This document shows positions 32,232 through 34,119 of a stretch of DNA of 34,119 bases, piece after piece. Origin of the DNA: a virus (taxonomy: Duplodnaviria; Caudoviricetes); IMG/VR virus record IMGVR_UViG_3300037851_000515, positions 1-34,119 of that record; one strand, 5' to 3'. Positions within the stretch are counted from its first letter, which is position 1. Each line of letters starts with the position of its first letter. Position numbers and translations under genes: made by a program. The notes under the pieces were generated by a model, which ran no database searches, was not told the DNA's origin, and saw nothing but the letters and a program-made list of their open reading frames with translations.

Positions 32232-32588
32232 ATGACAACAACTTTTGACGCAAAGGGTTTCGAGTTTGAAATCGGTCAATACACGATTGAACACAATCAT
32301 TGGGGTAAAAATAAGGGTGGAATGATTGATGAGCCATGGCCGATTGGAATGATCATTGTCCACATTAAATCAATTGTATTGAAAAATTGGGAAGAATTCG
32401 ACCCTGATTATTTTGTTGATCTACTTCCCGGCATGATGATTGAAAATTTAAATTTGGACGAAAAAATTGACGGCCATTCGATCATAATTAAGAAACAATC
32501 TTGTGATTTGGTTGATTTTTTTGTTGTTGGCAAAGATCTTGAGATCAAAACTCATATTGTTTATGAAAACGACATTTGGGAGGAATAA
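32232..32588 (+). CDS. hypothetical acidic protein
   Basis: 118 aa with GAGG RBS; first gene of a two-gene plus-strand unit; TTGACT at 32158 upstream. Confidence 0.75.
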   Translation: MTTTFDAKGFEFEIGQYTIEHNHWGKNKGGMIDEPWPIGMIIVHIKSIVLKNWEEFDPDYFVDLLPGMMIENLNLDEKIDGHSIIIKKQSCDLVDFFVVGKDLEIKTHIVYENDIWEE

Positions 32589-32590
32589 TA

Positions 32591-32779
32591 ATGAATAACG
32601 AAAACAAAATCATGGTATTAGCAAAAAACGTGTATGGCAGATTCCTATTTTATCCTCTTTGCGATAAATCCCGAGCGTTTGCGGCTCTGACCAAAAAAGG
32701 CACATTGACACCAGATGAAATTGTTGTGATTCGCGAGGTTTTGGGATTTGAGGTTATTGAGAATTTTGAAAAACCCTGA
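32591..32779 (+). CDS. conserved small phage protein
   Basis: KNVYG....YP.CDK...FA.L....TLT motif; GGAGG RBS before ATG 32591. Confidence 0.75.
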   Translation: MNNENKIMVLAKNVYGRFLFYPLCDKSRAFAALTKKGTLTPDEIVVIREVLGFEVIENFEKP

Positions 32780-32860
32780 AAAAACGAAAACCCGCGCCGT
32801 CTGAGACAATGCAGGTCTTCTGGTTGTCGAAAACAACTAATGGATGGTTATGCCTCCAGT

Positions 32861-33568
32861 CTACCAAACAATAGTTACTCCCGGCAATTTTGGCGATATA
32901 AAATCAATTATTGATCGCACGGCATTTGCCTTCCACAGCCCGCCATCTCCTTCGTGCAACGCGTAATTAATTTCACCGTTTACCTTTTTCATCCTGAAAA
33001 CAAACAACGATTCGGGCTGATCGATCTCAAGGAATGTCCGAAATGGCTTGAGCGATATAATGCCTTTTGTTTTTGCATTCCCCAGAATATTCAGCCCGGT
33101 TTTAATTGTTATTTTTTGAGAAATTCCGTCATCTTCGGAAATCTCTGTCGAATCATCAGAAATCTTTGCAGTGGCTTGCAACAGCATTTCGAGATCGTTC
33201 GAAGGCATAAATGATGTCAGCAACCAAATTCTAAACATCTCTGAATCATGCCAATGACCCCATTTATGATTTGATGAGTTATGTTGAGCGTGCACATAAA
33301 CATCACGTTGTCCCCAATTATCACAGCGTTTCGATATTAATTGCACACAATTTTCCAAAACCCCTATCCACCAAGGTTCGCCGCTCGTGTCTTTACTAAC
33401 GATATCGCAGGCAGCAATGAAACCGCTCAATGATGAGACTTGAATGGGTTTGTCTTGTGGCGGCTTGATTGCATGAAGCTGTTTCGTCGAATATTTCAAG
33501 CCATCAATTTCAACAGTTTTTTGAGCGGTCATTTCTTCGATTTTTTCGAGGAAGCTTTTGTCAATCAT
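32861..33568 (-). CDS. conserved phage protein (DUF2303/YfdQ-like partner)
   Basis: DDGISQ...KTG and LKPFRTFLEIDQPES.FVFRM...ALHEGDGGLWK motifs; coupled by ATGA to the upstream gene. Confidence 0.75.
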   Translation of the reverse strand: MIDKSFLEKIEEMTAQKTVEIDGLKYSTKQLHAIKPPQDKPIQVSSLSGFIAACDIVSKDTSGEPWWIGVLENCVQLISKRCDNWGQRDVYVHAQHNSSNHKWGHWHDSEMFRIWLLTSFMPSNDLEMLLQATAKISDDSTEISEDDGISQKITIKTGLNILGNAKTKGIISLKPFRTFLEIDQPESLFVFRMKKVNGEINYALHEGDGGLWKANAVRSIIDFISPKLPGVTIVW

Positions 33569-33933
33569 TTTGATTTCCTTTCGGCTGGTTTGAGTTCGGA
33601 AACGTTTTCAGGCATAAAATCGAAGATTGTCAATTGTTGCATATTCGGTTCACACGCAATCAATTTTCCGTCTTTGTCTTCTGCAAAATACGCGGCGGAC
33701 ATAAACGGTTTTGCGCCTGGGAGTTTTGCCTCACAAGTAACTACTACGTGTGCAAATTTTCTTTCCTCGTTCGGAACAAATTCAACGGTCAAACTAATTT
33801 TTCGTGTCGTTTTCCAGGGCTTATTTGGGTTTGCAATGTCGCCCAGAACATTAGCTAATTCTTTTTGAAAAAGTTCCTCAGCAGCTCCATTGCCAAGCGT
33901 TGCGAGTGTCATGTTTTTTGGTTTTTCATTCAT
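33565..33933 (-). CDS. conserved phage protein (family often labelled 'replication terminator protein')
   Basis: L..L..GA..E.F..EL..VL..IA.PN......RKI.L...F.P.E.R motif; usual partner of the downstream gene. Confidence 0.7.
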   Translation of the reverse strand: MNEKPKNMTLATLGNGAAEELFQKELANVLGDIANPNKPWKTTRKISLTVEFVPNEERKFAHVVVTCEAKLPGAKPFMSAAYFAEDKDGKLIACEPNMQQLTIFDFMPENVSELKPAERKSK

Positions 33934-33992
33934 TTGTTTTTCCTTTCAAAAGTCGCACATTGTTAGTTGGCATCATGATCACCTTATTTTGC

Positions 33993-34119
33993 TCTCTGTC
34001 GTTTGATTTGATTTATAATTGCTTGTTTCGCAATTGGCGCCATTTTCATATTCAAGGCTTTTCCAATTGAAACAGCCCTGATAAATTCATCAACCGTGTC
34101 ACCCATAATGCCTTTAACC
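33993..34119. repeat. 127-bp terminal direct repeat, right copy
   Basis: Identical to 1-127. Confidence 0.95.

Noticed and set aside
1-34119. Alternative genetic code (stop-codon reassignment)
   Set aside because: Standard code 11 yields intact full-length hallmark genes at high coding density, with TAA, TGA and TAG all used as stops

Overview
This window is an apparently complete, circularly assembled ~34.0 kb tailed-phage genome (33,992 bp unique; bases 1-127 recur exactly at 33993-34119, and a 69-codon ORF reads through the junction). Nearly all genes are on the minus strand. Packaging and head genes (terminase small and large subunits, portal, scaffold, major capsid) are followed by a fibre/adhesin, a lipoprotein, an embedded NlpC/P60 lysis cassette, and podovirus-type adaptor, nozzle and ejection proteins. 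A lambdoid-style recombination/replication block follows (Gp157, RecT/Redbeta-like, initiator with internal iterons, DnaB, G39P-like loader, XRE HTH, RusA), then small accessory genes. I recognised no integrase, partition system, DNA polymerase, tRNA or CRISPR array. The most unusual signals are non-coding. One is a ~380 bp cluster of palindromes and hairpins upstream of the small terminase gene, with plus-strand G-U pairing and an anti-SD-like loop. The other is a switch-like structured leader, resembling P4 CI / P1 c4 RNA logic, in front of the replication initiator. All product calls come from motif recognition and synteny, not database searches.
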